Shown in pieces: positions 23,550 through 36,864 of a DNA stretch of 64,000 nucleotides. The notes under the pieces are model-generated. The model was not told the DNA's origin and did not search any database. It saw nothing but the letters and a program-made list of their open reading frames with translations. A program made the position numbers and the translations under genes. This stretch comes from Orbicella franksi (lineage: Eukaryota), in the NCBI GenBank assembly GCA_964199315.1, contig OZ116699.1:2542001-2606000 (forward strand), given 5' to 3'. Positions within the stretch are counted from its first letter, which is position 1, and every line of letters begins with the position of its first letter.

Positions 23550-26146
23550 ATTAAACTGGGGAACGATTTCTGGGCAACTGGGTCCTCGCGCTCGTGCCAG
23601 TCCTACACCGTATTTACACATTACACGACACAAGGCGTTTGATCTGAAAATTAATATAAAATACTTTTAATTCTTGCAAACCCAAGGCTAAATGTGAAAT
23701 AAATATTTTTCGCCATTTTCTAGTCATTGCGCAATAAGTTTCAAGAAATGTTCTCTTCTAAGCTAAGGGTTAAAGGAGCTCATAAACGATAAGGGAACAA
23801 GAATGGTTAAGGATGGAAAAAATTAACACGAATTACAAACGACGAGCTTGAAAAATTTAGGCTAATTTTAAGATGCGCAAACGGTGACGTTGCTCCATTA
23901 AGTAAAATATCAAGGTAAGAGTGAAAACAATCAGTTCATTTTCCACTGTATTCAGACTTACCGAGATTTTGAAAGATGTGAAAATTGTCTGCAAATTAAT
24001 TTGCGCCAAATAAAACACTGCCAATCAGCCCTCTTTCAAAACGTCAGTGAATTATAAAACTCCAGAAGAACACTTAACAATAGCCTTTGACTTGTTCAGG
24101 AAAACAAATGCTTAAAAAGGAAAAACGGCTATCACTACTACATTTGATATTGTAAACCTGCTATTAATTGCTGTGTGTCTTCTTGGGTATATTTTGCTTC
24201 AGCAAAGAACGCCAAAACTGCATTTAGTTTTTTGTTTTTTATCGGACTTATCGGACGGTAAGTGGGGATTTTTTGTGTGTGTGGAGGTTAGGGGGATGTA
24301 TAATTTTTCCGCTACAATTCCTAAGCTTAATTAAACCATTTTGCTCGAGAGGCCATGCACGGAGTACAGTTTTCCCGATTCCGTAGATACACAAATTGGC
24401 CTGCGAGACGAGATCTTCCTGAGCTTTCATTTTATCATTCCCGCATGAATTCAGTAGGATTCTGCAGTTGGTTCGTCAAGAAGGGCATTGCAGGACTGTT
24501 CTGTTTAGATTTTAAGCGCTATATTTGACCTTTTAATGTTCTGCCTTACGCAAAGCCTTTCCTAAAAACAATTTACTGACAAACAAGTGTTTATGTTCAA
24601 AATATATTCGCACCTTCCCGCCTATCGAGAAAATACCAAATTCTGCATAGAGGACATAAGAAAGCATCGACGTATTGTTTCTTTATTTTATGAAAAACCG
24701 AAATTATCGTATTTGATTTTATTACAAACAAATATGACTAGGAAAAATATCGCACCAATGTGAATTGCTAAATGGGTATGTCCGTTTTCTCAGAAGTCTC
24801 TTTTTCTTTGCTTTAGAATTATTTTCTTTTGAGAATGTCCTTGCCTTTTGAAAACTATTTTGGAGAGTCTTTTTCAAAACAACATCATGTCAGTTTATAA
24901 TGGCAATTGATAAATCCAAAAAAGAAAATTAGAAAAACTGACTTAAGTCTAATTTTAGGAAATAAACAGCTGCTTCCAAGTTTTTTGTCCGCACTTCAAC
25001 AATTACTCATTGAAAATTTGAATAAAGTCCCTTTATTGTTTACAACAAATGGACGTTTTTTTTCAGTTTATGTTATCAACAACTCGTACAGGAGAAAGAA
25101 GAGTTTTGAAATAGCCTTCAGTCGAGTGACGATCCCGCGAAAAGAGTGAGGGTCGATCCCGCAAGAAACGCGGGAAAAGTCGGAGCCTTGAAAATTAGAA
25201 TCAGGATTATAGTCTGACGTTTAACTAGCTCTTTATTCAAAGTACTTGGCAGATGGTTTGTACAAATTAAAACCAATAATCCCTTCTTTTATCAGTCATG
25301 TCAAAACTAGCAACAAGATCTAAAGCACGATTATTCCTGAAAGAAATTAATGACAGTCAGCTAATCCTCGAGGCTTAAAAATAGCGCATGTATTACACAG
25401 TATGGCATCATGCAAACACCTTGATATATAACAACTCTATAAACATCATATATTATTCACGACCAACTGCTGTTTCATTGGTTCAGTATGTATTTCCACG
25501 TCTTTGGCTGACAACCAAGCAATCCCCTAACCGAGGGCAGGCTAAGATCGACTAGAATTCGAACCATACAAGGCTTTGATAACAACTAGGAACATTTGGC
25601 GCAGGTTTCTGAGTTTACGCGTTTACACTAAAAGTAATTTTCTCCAAACTTCTTATTGTCTCCACTACTGTTCCTTATTTGTCTTTTAAAAGTTAGCTTT
25701 TAAGCGCTTATCAGATTGTATTTGAGTTGTGATTCTCAACAGAATATTTTATACTCTGCCTCTATCCAACTCAAACGGCTGAGGTTATACAGCATCGTTA
25801 ACAGTTCTATAGCTAGCTTCATTTTATTTCTCATTTGATGCTTTTCAGACCTTGTTGTAGATAGCTACAACTTATAGGTACACGCATGAGAATATTTGTC
25901 AACACAAGAAGCAAGAATTATGGATAATTCGAGAGCAAAGTCACCCAACATTGGAAATGTTTTGAATGCAAGAAGACTTGCGAGAAGGAAATTACAAAGA
26001 AGTGCGAGACGGGATCGAGAGAAAGTAGAAGCAGAAAAAAAGGTAAATATTAATACATAACAAATAATGTATAAATATAGCCTTCAGTAGGAGATGAATA
26101 CGGTGAACGGGACAACTTTGTAGCAAAGTCTTTTACGAGTATTTTT

Positions 26147-26402
26147 CCGTATTTTCTCAATTAAACGGCGCCCCCCGGCATTTATTTCAAACTCTGTTTC
26201 AAACTTGGCTTCTTTGATCCGGCGTTTATTTGACTTTTGTAATTTATTCGAGGCTTGGAATTTATTACAGTTTTTATTCAGTTTTATGAGCTAAATATCT
26301 TATAATTATACCTTAAGTTTACTATTCCGCGAATATTAATTTCTTGAGGGTTTTATTTACAAATCTACCTGGGAGACCCGGCGTTTCATCAAGGAAATAC
26401 GG
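26147..26402. mobile_element. Decayed CCGTA-terminal MITE
   Basis: Termini ccgtattttctcaattaaacg / cgtttcatcaaggaaatacgg-TA, with internal ccggcgtttattt-like motifs. Confidence 0.5.
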
Positions 26403-29400
26403 TATTGATAACTGCCGTAACTTATTCGTGTGAAATCATCAAAAGATAGATTACTAATTAAGAAACCTTTATCTGCAAATACACAAACGATTCAAGTAAT
26501 AGCGAGGAAGATTATTTTGAATATTACTCCATAAAAAAATTATTTGAGTTCATTATAAATTTCTCAAGTATAGTATATTACTGAGGACACACGCATGCGT
26601 ACTGAGCTGCAAGTTTACAATTAAATTTAAATTGTGAGATGCTTACCTGTGGAAGAATGAACTAATTAAGTTTCAAACAAAGCTTAATGAAAAAACTGCT
26701 AGTAACGCCCGTCGTAAAACTATTTCATTTGCCGCATCCTCGACAAAAATCTATGAATTAATTAGTCCTTTCAAGTCTAGGAAAGCCAAGCGAGTTGTGT
26801 AACTCTAGAGTAAGGGAGATTCCGAAAACTGGTGGAATGTGAAGAGAGCTCGGCGACTGTTGTTATGTATTATGGAATACAATCAAGCGTACAAAAAGAT
26901 ACTGAATTGTGCGCATGCTTATAAGTTAGTGAAAAATAGATAGATCCATAAGCATTAGGGATCAGCAGAAGAGAAAATCATCTTGATTTCACTGAGTTCA
27001 ACGAAATGAGAATCTTGGTAGGCCGCCATATTCGTATTCTCGGTATTAGACTGGAACTAGTAGCTTGCGATGGAGGTTCACGAGGGGGAATTTTCATTTG
27101 CATTTGAAAAGACTCCGCGCTTTAGCCGCGATTGCAAGCTAGTTTCAGTCCACTACCCAGAATACAAATATGGTCTATTGAATATGTACGGAGCCTTTGT
27201 TTGAATAAACAAGAAACAGTCTCCAGTTTAATTTAAAACAAGATCCATGATGCTAAATAAACTTGAGTAGTATAACTTTCAAGTTACTATCTTTCTTTCA
27301 AAAAAAAAAACAAACAAACAAACTCAAGCTTATAAGAAAAACGTCGGACAAAGAGCGTGTGAAATTCAGTAGCTAGATCAACTCATATTGGTCTCATATT
27401 GTTTGTCTAAAATGTGTTTACCTCATTAACGTATCTTAATTCAAATAACTCGATTTAATTAAACGTCAGCGGAAAGTCAAAATGGTCCAACAAAAGAAGC
27501 TAGCAATCGTTGTGAACGACGCAGAGGAAAGAACTTTTTATGACTAGAAAAAAAAAATGAACAGCACAAAACAGAACATAGGCAGATTGCTCGATATCCG
27601 AGCTACAAAGATACCTCTCGAGAATTAAGCGGAACTTGATTTTTGTTAGTCGACGACTTTTAAAAAGATCGGACTAAGTAAGTCAAGCTAAGCAGGTTAA
27701 GGGGTGTTGTTAAATTTGAGGTTTCAGAGTTGTGGGTCAAAACTTAGAAATTAAATTCGCGGAAATTAAGGCACCACGGACGCTGAAATGTAATTTCCTT
27801 AAGGTGTGTTCTCCATAAAACCAAATGCACGTGATAAATGACCGTTTGCGATTTACAGAGGACGGGCTAATAACAAGTGTACAAAAATTACGTCTTAAAG
27901 CACAAGCAGCCGGAATCATGAAACCGCGTCCTCTTTGGATTGACAAGATATACCTGGCTTAGCATAGCCATCGCAGAGGAAATAAATTTTTATGATGAGA
28001 AAAAAACAGCACAAAACAGAGCACAGGCAGATTACTCGATATACGAGGTACAAAGACATCTCTCGAGAACTACGCCGCGGACATGAGGTCTATATGCCAT
28101 GCAGTTTACAAAAGCAAGCGTGAAACAAATCAACTTATTACTTATCAAAACCATTCAAATTACGCTAATGTTTGTTTAAAACACAATGCGATGTTCCAAC
28201 AAATTGATCTGTCGTTGAAAGCTGTCAATAATTCAATTGTTCGGCTTAATTGGACGCTTAATGAAAATGAAAAAACAGCCTCATTCATCTCGTAACGCAT
28301 TGTTCGACAACAGCCTTGCTGTTTAACATGGAGCATCGCAGAAACTCAAAAAAGTCGAAAAAAGGATCAGGCATTTTGAAGAAACGCGTATCTGTAGCCG
28401 TCAAACCCGTTGTTGTTGTCGTCGAGAAAAAGGTAAGTTCGCAGTTCAGAAGTTCGTTCAACGTAACTGCTTGATCGGAATATCTCTGTTTACAGTCGTT
28501 TAATTTCTTCCTTGACGGACATGCAAACTGTGGCTTTCTCTAAGCTAGGAGTGCATCAAAGAATATACTCTTCGTTAGAAGACACCACCTTGTCAGATCG
28601 GACAGCTCAGTCAGTTTACATTCGTTTGGCCTTCAGCTAGCTACCTATTTGTTCTTGAATTGGCCCGATCAATACAGACAGTTCGTCAATACGGACATTT
28701 CTGGTGGTCTTAACGCTGTCTGTAATAACGGGGAATAACTGTACCTAGGGGTACCCAGGGGGTTACAGGGGGTTGCCCGGGCGAAACCAGTCATGACCAT
28801 CTAAGAGCAATTATTGGTTGGGGTGAACTCTCCCTTCACTACCCAGGACGGGTTTTATTTATTTTTTATTTATGTTTTGTCTTTCACCAAGCCGCTTTAA
28901 CACCCCCCCCCCCCCCAAAAGAAACAATACCATGGGAAATACATGATTGACCCGCTCAATATACAGTGTTTATATTAAAGAAAACTTGTCGTTAGAGAGA
29001 CCCCGCGTGCATGCCAGCAGTGTTTATTCTTGTAACGTATTTGTGCAAACAAGTTGTCAGCGACAACCAAAAGTCCCAAGTAGCGGATCTCTGACAAACT
29101 TGACTCCTGTCCTCTGCCCCGACCCCTCTTTCCCATCCCCCTGCCTCCGCCCTTTAAGCAGATCTGTATTCTCCCGACTACACCCCCTTCGATTCCCACC
29201 CTTTCAATTTGCAAATTCGGTGCGATTTATATTCAAGATAAAAGTTCGACTTGGAAGAGAACAAAGTTCACTAGAAATCGTCATGCGATCGCGTTTTATC
29301 AGCATTATTGTCTGCTGGTTTTGCAGAAATTTTTGGCAAAAAAAGTTTTCGGTAAAAAAACAGAAACCAAACTTCAAGAAAAGGCCGACTCTGTTTCAGA

Positions 29401-30425
29401 GGTTCCTAAGGGGCATCACCACGATCAGGCCCCTATCCTTTCGAACGACTGGTACTCTTTATCAAATTTCTCATTATCACCAAACAAAAAGGAAGAATTT
29501 TGTGGGCTATTCAAGACTTACCGTTTTCAAAAGATAGTCGGCATTTTGGCTTTCTTATAACTTCTAACAACACTAATTAGTTGCTCGTAAAAACAGTCAG
29601 TTCATTGGGTGATTCACTGGACCCATTGTTTCTATTGTTTGATGAAGATAAATCAAGCTATTTTGTTTTACAAAGCTGCCGAGCAAAGCAGCTTTGGGCA
29701 CAATCGGCCGATCGGCTAATTATTATTAATTACACCGATAATTTTAGTGGTGCCGAAAAGTCTGAAGCGTCACAGTCCAGTTTAGCAAAGATGCAATAAC
29801 TTGCGAACTGCTTATTGAAGACGTATGGACAGTTTAGAAGTTCCACATAGCTTTAAGCGCGGTAAAAGCCCTCTTCAGCGTGTTGTAAGGAAACGAAGCG
29901 AGATTTCGGTCAAGGTTTGTTTTGTTTTTTAGTCTCATTTGTTTTTATTTTCAGTCATGCAATAACCAAACATTGAATTAACTCAAGATGACTTTCAAAA
30001 GTTTGATTGTTTAAAATTGCTGTCATAAGACGAGTGCTCTGATTGGATGCAGCACAGTAGTTTTGACATATTGAGTTTTCTTGGCTATACTTTATAAGAG
30101 AATTGAACTCGAAGATGGCCGCTTACTTTTTACATTCACTGGTGAAACACTAACTCAATTTAGGAGAATTGGAAAATACTTTTTTAAACCCTCCATTGGG
30201 CTTTACATTCTTCACAGGTTGAGTCTCAATTCTCCTAAACTCCCTTTCCTGTTTGCATTAGGTTTGAATTAGGTTGTGTAAACAGGAGCGTAATTCTAAA
30301 TGTCTAGGAAAAGCTCAAGTTTTAGTTGTATCATGTTTTATTTCATTGATTTTCTCAGACTGTTGCTGAAGCGTTCTTCCTTTTCATACCCCTCCCCTAG
30401 TAGAAAAAAAATCTGCTCGGGTTTC

Positions 30426-30438
30426 GTTGCATAGCAAC
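30426..30438. promoter_or_regulatory. RFX X-box-like motif
   Basis: Palindromic GTTGC-ATA-GCAAC about 30 bp upstream of the CABCOCO1 ATG. RFX X-boxes are established promoter elements of ciliary genes. Confidence 0.7.
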
Positions 30439-30469
30439 GTGTCTCCCAGGAGTGAGGCAGCATTCAAAG

Positions 30470-33400
30470 ATGGCGGACGCGAAGAAGTCTCGATCGGCTA
30501 TTCGAATTAAATCTTCCGAAAAAGAAAGGAAGAAATCCGCTTCGAAACGAGACTCTGCCACAACAAGAGACAAACACAAATCCGTTAGTAACTTAAATTT
30601 CATGTCTTTCCTAGAAAGTGCTGGTAAACGATGAGTTGTTTATGGTTGAAAAAATGATCTTCAACCAAGTTCGATGGTCTCGATATGTTAACTTTTTTGT
30701 GGATGATATAATTTATGTACATCGATCTTAAGGAGAGATTGTTCATAAAGAAAAGTTAATTTATGATTTCTTTGACGTTTAGGAAGTAGAATATGAAAGT
30801 TTGTGAAAATTTGGTTTATCAATTAAGTTTAAGCTTAAGCTTATAACATGCTTAATTATTTGCATCGATGAACTCCTACACGAAGTTAAAAGCTCATAGC
30901 TCTTTTAGAAAGAATCGAGTGTAGGCTTGGTGCACTAGTTTATTATTTGGTGGAACTCGTTTTCTAGAGATTTCAGAATACATAAACCAATCTTAAAGTT
31001 ATAAAGTTGCAAGAATGAGGTAAACATTTGTCAACCATGCTTCTCAATTTGTTACAAATGTAATGTTCTTTCGGTTCACAGGAGGAAGAGGAAAAAGAGT
31101 CGTTAGCATGGAAAGTCTTGTCAGAAGAACAAACTCAGGCACTAAAGGAACTTACAGTGCATGAGCTAGAAGTGTGAGTGGAGTTTATTACTGTACTTAA
31201 GTTATATGTATGTATATGATCTACAAGGGTCAAGACGATTCGCTGTTGAACCATATCTATCATGTGATGTTCAGAGTTGCAGAAAGTTGTCAATATACTG
31301 ATCAGCATTGATAAATGGATTCATTTAACATTAAATAATTTGACCCATTTGGCTTTCATGAGGAATTGCCAAGTAGTCATAATAATTACAATTAATAATA
31401 CACCATACATAATAACACATAATACATAATAGTGGTACATACATTACAATTAATAATTACAAAGAGACAGACATCAATTTGTACAAGGAGTGCTTTTCCA
31501 GAAAAAAATCCATATCACAGCTCTCCAATGGATGATTTAGACATTTCTTGGAACTATGCGTTATTAAATCAATCAATCAATCAGTCAATCAACCAACCAA
31601 TCAATCAAAACTGCCAACTGATTATCCCTATAGGGAGCCCTCTAACTGTGAACACCTAATAAAAAAACATTGTTTCAGGAATTTAGGGTGTTAACAACAC
31701 TTCGTTACTGATCAAGCTTTTATTTACGTAGTATCCTCCCCTGATCCCTGTTACAAACATGAGAAAATACTAGACATCTCCAAACCTTCTTGGGGTGTCT
31801 TACAACACCTGGTACAAAGAAGTTCATACTATTCATCAGAAAAATTTCAGATGTGTTAATGGTGAGATAAAACATGTTAGATATGAAAAGGCAGATTTCC
31901 TCAAAAGCTAAATAAACTAAATCCTCTATTGAGCCCCTGTTCAAATAAGCCCCCGCCCCCTCTCTAATGAGCCCCCCCCCCTTTTTCCGAGGAAGAAAGT
32001 TATTACAGTCTGTAAACCCCACCTTTCTTTTAAGCCCCCCTCCCCTTCTCTCTTATTCCACACAATTAAGTTAATAAATGAGAGACTATATTTGTAATGT
32101 AATCACGATTGTAACACTTCATGTGGACTGATCTGGCATGGTCTATTCAAGTGCTGAGAGTTCGAATTTGTTTTTGATCTTGGACTGCATGACCTTCAAC
32201 TTGATGTGTTTGAACTTTTTCACTTTGTGTTCTGTTTCTTTATGGAGAATTGATACCATCCTCTGGCTTTTTGAAAAAGTAGTATAGTGGTACTGTGTTT
32301 TGCTAGGAATTAAATAAGGCCTCCTTCTGAAATACTTGATAAAAGTGGTTTGGAGGTATCTTGTGTTATGTTTATATAGTTTTTATGTTCAGTGCATTGA
32401 TAAATCTTAATTTTATTCTAGGAAACTGGCTGAAGTGCTCTCTATTGAAAATTATCACATCTCTCTACCAGAAGCTTGCATATTGGATTATTATGTGGCA
32501 GGGTTTTGGTATCCTTTGTAACAAAAAATCAGTGTAACAATCTGTAATTTTTTTCGATGTTCCATCTATGGGTCTTGAGTTGATGGTCTTGTTAAAAGTT
32601 AGCTTAGCAAGGTTTTTTCTCCTTAACGATGACTTCTTGTAGGTTTGCAAAAGAACAAAATTTCACACTTCAGCAGCTTTCTGCTTTTTTTACTTTGTTG
32701 AAAGAGATGCTGGACAATATAAAAGGTAAAAATACCTGCTTTGGTTACTACTCTTTTTGTTATTGATGTAACATAAATTCTTCTTTTCATATCATGTACA
32801 AGATAGGCAGAGAGGTAATGAGAATAAAGAAAGCATTATTTGATGGGATGTTGTCTTGATGAAAATTGTTATGCCAAATACTCCAAAATATTTATCAGTA
32901 AAAGAAATGTATGGCAATCAGTAAAGACACTTAATATTTTTGAGTTAAGAGATTGAATAAGTGGGATTTAGCAGTGTGCACAGCAGGGGAGTCGTAATGG
33001 CCTCATGGTCAGTACGCTCAACTCTAGAACAAGTAGTCAGGGTTCAAGCCCTGGCTGAGTAAACTTTGTTGTGTTCTTGGGCAAGACACTTTACTCTCAC
33101 TTTGCCTCCCTCCACCCAGGTGTATAAATGGGTAACAGCGAATTTAATGAGGGGGGTCGGGGGTAACCCTGGGATGGACTTGCATCCCATCCAGGGGGAA
33201 GTAGAAATACTCCTAGTTACTTCATGCTACAGAAACCAGGATAAGCTCCAGCCTGTTGAGTCACTTGGCTCATATGCGGACTTAATTTACTTTACAGCTC
33301 AGCTTTTAGGAGCCTTCTGTCCCAGTTTGCTTGACTGACTGACCTTAGTACACTATGCATGCTTTTGTCTTTTCAGAAAAGCATTTTTCATTGGTCGAAA

Positions 33401-36400
33401 GCATCGAGAAATTCAAGTCATTTCTTGCGGGAATTGGAGTTGAAAACTGCCCCCACAATGGAGGTCTGGAATGTTTTGATGTGAATCAGGCAAAGCTGAT
33501 TACTGACTACTTTACTGACAGGTACACATTACAAAAGAATATGTTTGAATGATAGTCACCAGTTATTTTTGAAAAGACATCTGAAGAGAATAACATTCTT
33601 GCACCTAAACTTCTACAGAGAAATTATTATTGAAAATGCTGTTTGTTGTTAACTGGTGTTGTTGCATGTTGAAGTTTAAAGACTTACCAAGTCATTAATA
33701 ATAGACAGACTAGGTTGTGTGTTGAATGATAATTTCTACTTTTTTTGCAGTTTATTTCAACACTACAAGCTGTACCAGTTTCTTTTTACCCAAGATCCCC
33801 AGGAGGAAGTTGTCGTATCTGAGGTGGGAAGCTGTCTCCTTTTTAAAAAATAACAATAATAATATGTAAATAAACAAAATCACATCACTTTACAGAAGTC
33901 ACTAAGACGGCTTGGAAGTTAAAAAAGGCAAACAATATAAACTAAACATTACTAAGTTTTCTGCAGCTTTTGCATCTCTGATGATAAAAATTTCAAATTG
34001 CACATCAAAAAAAAAGTTGCCTGGTAGATTAAAATGTTAGTAATAGGTTGAAGTGCCAATTTTGATAAGTTATTTGCAAAGCACTCAAATTTTTCTCAAA
34101 TCAGAAGTTCTGTAAAACAAGCATGACTGGTGCACCCATGTACTGATCCATACCAGTTTCCACTGTTGTATGTAAGTAGATCAGATTTTTCAGAGTGACT
34201 CAGAAACCCTGGAAAGGGGATTTGAGGGTTTTAAAATCCAAAAGATTTCCAGGGCAGCATGGTCTAGACCCCTCTAGAACTTTGTGCCTTCAGTGCTCAT
34301 TGTTTCTGAATGTGGTTGCCATTTATCCTAGATCTGCGCTTGACAACCATGTGAAATTGGTCAGTTTCACTTGTCACGCTGGTCCAATAGTTCATCAGTG
34401 TTAAATCTAATCAGTGTTAATTCTAATCCTTTTCTTTTAAGGTGAAATGTCATAGGGCCAACCTCTGTTTCTTCCTTTTCAAGATGTATTTTATTTTGTT
34501 TTTATTATTGTATCTCGAATAAAACACTATATTAAGTAATGATGTCACGATTATGAATTAAACATTCTCTTCTCTTGCTGAGTTCTGTGACAGAAATATC
34601 TCAATCAATCAACTATTTTTTAAAGAAGGTGGCACATAACAGTGGTACACTGATGAACTAGTGGCCCTCTATCCAAAAACTTACAAAATAAAATATATGA
34701 GAGGTATATAACGATTAAATATACTCTAGGACTGGAGTCACTTTTAATAAACAAGAGAAAAGTAGATATGAACTATCATCTACTAAATTAAATATGGCTA
34801 ATAATTATTATCTTTGAATAAATGCTCATGAAATACAATCAGTGATGTTTGCATTCGTTTTCACAGCTGGCAGTTGAAGTTCCTCCACTGGTTACTGTTC
34901 CATTTCCACCTCCATTAGATGAAGGAATGTCAGAAGAAGTGTGGAGAGAACATGTGCTGACACCACCACAGTCACCCCAACCAGAAGAACAGAAAGAAGT
35001 AAGAATTATTATAACAGCTAGGTCAGGGGGGTGGGAGGGACTCCCCTATGAAAAGGTTGGGGATGCTTGTCCAAAACTTTGAATTAAACCCCTATAGGAG
35101 ACCAATTTAGGTGTGGGCGTGTCTTGAGCTTTATTTGAACCCTAAAAGATACATGTACCAGTTAAAGCAGAATAGGCTTGATAACCAGCCGCTGTTTAGG
35201 GAAGGAGCCCACGCTAGTAAAGCAGACTCGAGAGACTGGCAGAAATCAAGCCTAAAAGTTGTGGAAATAAGAGCATTTTGTGACTGTTATTTCTTTGAGT
35301 GCACCTTAAAAGGTACTTTTACAGCTAAAAATAGTGGCATTTTGTCATAAACACTCTAAGTGAGACCAAAATCCTTGATTTATACCCCTAAGTGAGACAA
35401 CTAGCATCCCTGACTTTTTCATTTGGGATGCCCCCCTAGGCAGCTAGGTTTGATTACCAGCTAATGTTCAGGGAAAGAACGTGGGAAAAGAACCTCCCCC
35501 GATGGTACTTCCTTGAAGGTTCTTCTTGGGGAGGATGCTCAGGGACTGGACCTGAGAGAGCAGGAGAAATTAAGCCTACATAACCATAACAGCCTAGGTG
35601 TTCCTGTTAAACAAAGAATGGTTTCTCATATAGAGTTGGTAGCCATTGATCCTGGAGGAGGGGGATACTCCCTTTTAAGCTTATATGGGCTATAGGTATG
35701 TGCGGCCCCAAAGGGTATGGTTTTTCAGCCGTTTTGGTCATAAATAGGGTAGGGAAAATCGCAGATTTTGGTCATAAATAGAGTAAGGGTTTTGGGAAGT
35801 GGGCCGCACACCCACACTAAATATTTCTGGGAGTATCCCCCCCCCCCCCCCCCACCCAACCAAGGCCATTGATCAATTACGTTAAAATCAATGCTTACTT
35901 TAAAGTATTCCATGTAGCATTTGTTTGAGCCGTGTTTAATTTCAATTGCACTCTTGTGTTTTTAGGGAGAACAGGATGTGAAAGAGGAAGACAGTAAGTG
36001 GAATGTTGATCTTTTACCCTAAGTCAACCATGAGCTAACATCCTTGTTCAATCAAATTGTCAGAGAAATCATGTCCTCAAATTATCCAAAAAAGTACGTC
36101 TTGGATGACCTTAAAGGTTCTCCTTTCTTCTCAGTCCCTGAGGGGATAGTCCTCGCAGTACTCTAAAAGGTACACGCTCTGAGTGCTTTGCTTTCGGTAC
36201 TTAAAAACAATGCTCACTCTTTTGTGAAGTGTCCCAAGTCCATCACTTTACTGATGTAAAGAACATTTTACATTACAGTCGTAGCTGTGTTTAATACTGC
36301 AGTCTGACCCAGGTGTGTTATAAAGTTTTTAAACTTACAATTTTTGCTCTCTCTCTTTTTTTTTTTTTTTGTTCTCAGCCCAATCAGCTGCTGTTTCTCA

Positions 36401-36864
36401 CCCAGAGGACCAAACTGCTGAAAATATTTTAGCTTCTGTTACACCTGGCAAGGTCAAAACTATTGTCAAGAAAGTAGCAGATGAGGTGTTAGGAAATTTC
36501 CAGGTGTGTATAAATGCAGAGTAAACGCTCAGTCCAGGTTGTGTATATTTGCTTGTCTAGACCTTTGTTCTAAACTACACCAGGAAGTAACAATCAGAAC
36601 AGAATTGCTGAGAAAATCAATGCCATGTAGGGAAGAGGTTCTCTGTTATTCAACTGCTCTTATTGATATTTACAGTCTACAAAAGCTGTAGGTGTTCTGC
36701 TCTGTCAGTAATTTGGTTATTCAGGAAAGTCATTGCCACTTTGTAATGTTAATTGTGCTAAAGCTCTGTTTATATTTTGTTTATTGAAGGCTGAAGTTGA
36801 AGCAAGACTCAAGGACAGAGAGACGGTCTTAGCTGGAAAAATTGGGAAGCTGCAAACCAGATAG
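30470..36864 (+). CDS. CABCOCO1: Ciliary-associated calcium-binding coiled-coil protein 1 (CLAMP/C1a-32 family), 10 exons, ~317 aa
   Basis: Phase-consistent exons 30470-30583, 31082-31173, 32422-32508, 32643-32725, 33377-33521, 33751-33823, 34867-34998, 35966-35993, 36379-36503, 36790-36864. Motifs ILDYYVAGFWFAKEQNFT, FDVNQAKLITDY..SLFQHYKLYQFLF, PFPPPLDEGMS and a C-terminal coiled coil. Confidence 0.88.
31567..31608. repeat. (CAAT)n microsatellite
   Basis: Tandem aatc/aacc units. Confidence 0.8.
32986..33295 (+). mobile_element. tRNA-derived SINE with CORE-like central domain
   Basis: Degenerate A/B boxes (tggcctcatggtcag...gggttcaagccc) and central ttgggcaagacactttactctcac...ctccacccaggtgtataaatgggta. 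Lies in CABCOCO1 intron 4. Confidence 0.8.
35026..35436. mobile_element. MITE-like repeat with G-run/C-run termini
   Basis: Begins gggggg...gggactcccctatgaaaagg and ends ttcatttgggatgcccccc. A related end occurs near 47210-47295. Confidence 0.5.
35651..35853. mobile_element. MITE-like repeat with GGGGATACTCCC / GGGAGTATCCCC termini
   Basis: Terminal inverted repeat visible, with internal duplicated ttttggtcataaatag. Confidence 0.6.

Noticed and set aside
23190-23642. 150-aa ORF
   Set aside because: It runs through two palindromic repeat elements and has no protein-like features.
28947-29537. 196-aa ORF from the ORF track
   Set aside because: Non-ATG start, low-complexity composition and no domain. 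Only part of the overlapping frame is considered as a possible exon.
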